Positions 62,804 to 64,000 of a stretch of DNA of 64,000 nucleotides are shown one piece after another. Below the pieces are notes generated by a model, which saw nothing but the letters and a program-made list of their open reading frames with translations, had not been told where the DNA came from and did no database searches. Source of the stretch: Squalus acanthias (lineage: Eukaryota); the NCBI GenBank assembly GCA_030390025.1, contig CM059431.1:118546001-118610000 (forward strand), read 5' to 3'. The number at the start of each line of letters is the position of its first letter. Position 1 is the stretch's first letter. The position numbers and the translations under genes were made by a program.

Positions 62804-64000
62804 TGTAAGGGGTTCGGTCGTCGGTGCTTGTATCGCAGCCGGTGCTGGTGCGGGGTTAGGCCTTCGCTGCCTAATACTATTGCTTGCTCTGGTCTCCGGC
62901 CAGCCTTGTTGCAATAAGCACCTGTGAGTGGTTCGACCCACTCGCCCTTACGGTTCTAACACTGGACTTAGGTGCGAGAGCAGTAATGCAGAGAAAAACT
63001 CAAATAGACCCGGTTGAATAGTACAAAATGGAAATCTTTATTGCATAGCGTCCACAATCATGAAGTACATGTCATAGGCGCAAATTAATGAGAGTACAAG
63101 TATACATACATTCATAAAACTTGGTCTAGGGTAATGAGGAACGCACGGCACATCGTAAAAAGGGGAACACATTATATTTATCCTTAATAAAACCACCCTC
63201 CCCTATCAATACCTACACTAATCTAGATTTGTATGATCGGGAAACATGCTCACCACTCGTGATACTTCGGAGAATTTTAAAGTGAGGCACTCGGCTCGTT
63301 TCGCTGCAGCGCCTGACTGTCACGTGTTTGAAAGGGTCTCTGTACCCCACTTGTTTATCTTCGCTGCTCCGGCAAGCAGGCTGGGCTCCCCGTCGTCATG
63401 AAGAACTCGACAGTGCTCGGACACGGTTGTAGAAGTCCAGAGAGACAATCAAAAGCTCACCAGTCAAGCGAGTCCATGAAGCGGCAAGCGAATAAGAGTT
63501 CAGCAGTCATCAGCCAGATAAGAGAATAATAAGCAAGAGTTCAGCCCGAGTCAAGAGTCGAATCAAGAGACCGATGGATATTTGTTCACTATAGTTATAG
63601 TGCTGTGTTCCCTTATCTCCCGCTCAAATCTTAATGTTTGTCCTTTGTGTAATACTGGTGCACAAAACTCCCAGCATGGGGCGATTCTTTCCTTTAATGG
63701 GTTTCGGTAGCACCTTAAACTGGCCAACTACCCGTTAATATTTTCCCCATTGTTGAACCGGCTAGGAGTCTCCCTGACTGGTTTTGGGGCCTCCTCGAAT
63801 ACTGACTTAATCACCCGAGAATGGCTCTCTCATTGTAGAGCCGTGGGGAATTTGCGTATTGATGTATCTGGATGGGCCTTCGATTGCCCAGTACAATGGT
63901 CCTTACTTGTGCATGGAAAACGATTCCAGCACTTATCTCTTGCTATTGTGTCGAATGCAGACAGGTTGCATCCTGTCTTTATCAGTGTTTGCTGCGTATT
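62804..64000 (-). mobile_element. LTR-like insertion, truncated by window end
   Basis: Abrupt break of the Myb frame at TGTAAGG; minus-strand AATAAA at ~63040; layout like 3847-4972. Other end not visible. Confidence 0.5.

Overview
Eukaryotic, transposable-element-dominated DNA. The repeat families (CR1 and L2 LINEs, Penelope-like elements, a tRNA-derived SINE with an L2-type tail, many PIF/Harbinger elements) suggest a cartilaginous fish; this is inference. The window is a dense nest of PIF/Harbinger DNA transposons. It holds one near-intact 4.2 kb element (34234-38442) with an open 425-aa DDE transposase and a convergent 3-exon Myb/SANT gene carrying one stop, several partial or deleted two-gene elements, and more than a dozen non-autonomous MITEs. 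A 7.85 kb 15-bp minisatellite (26372-34221) appears to have grown out of the 5' coding region of a Harbinger transposase. Also present: a near-full-length CR1 LINE with a SGNH-esterase ORF1, an L2 LINE, two GIY-YIG Penelope copies with degenerate hammerhead ribozyme motifs, a palindromic double-hammerhead insertion, four solo-LTR-like insertions, and weak evidence for host exons on the minus strand near an RFX X-box (50.4-54.9 kb). The very long ORFs in the ORF track are satellite artefacts. All calls were made by eye; no searches were run.
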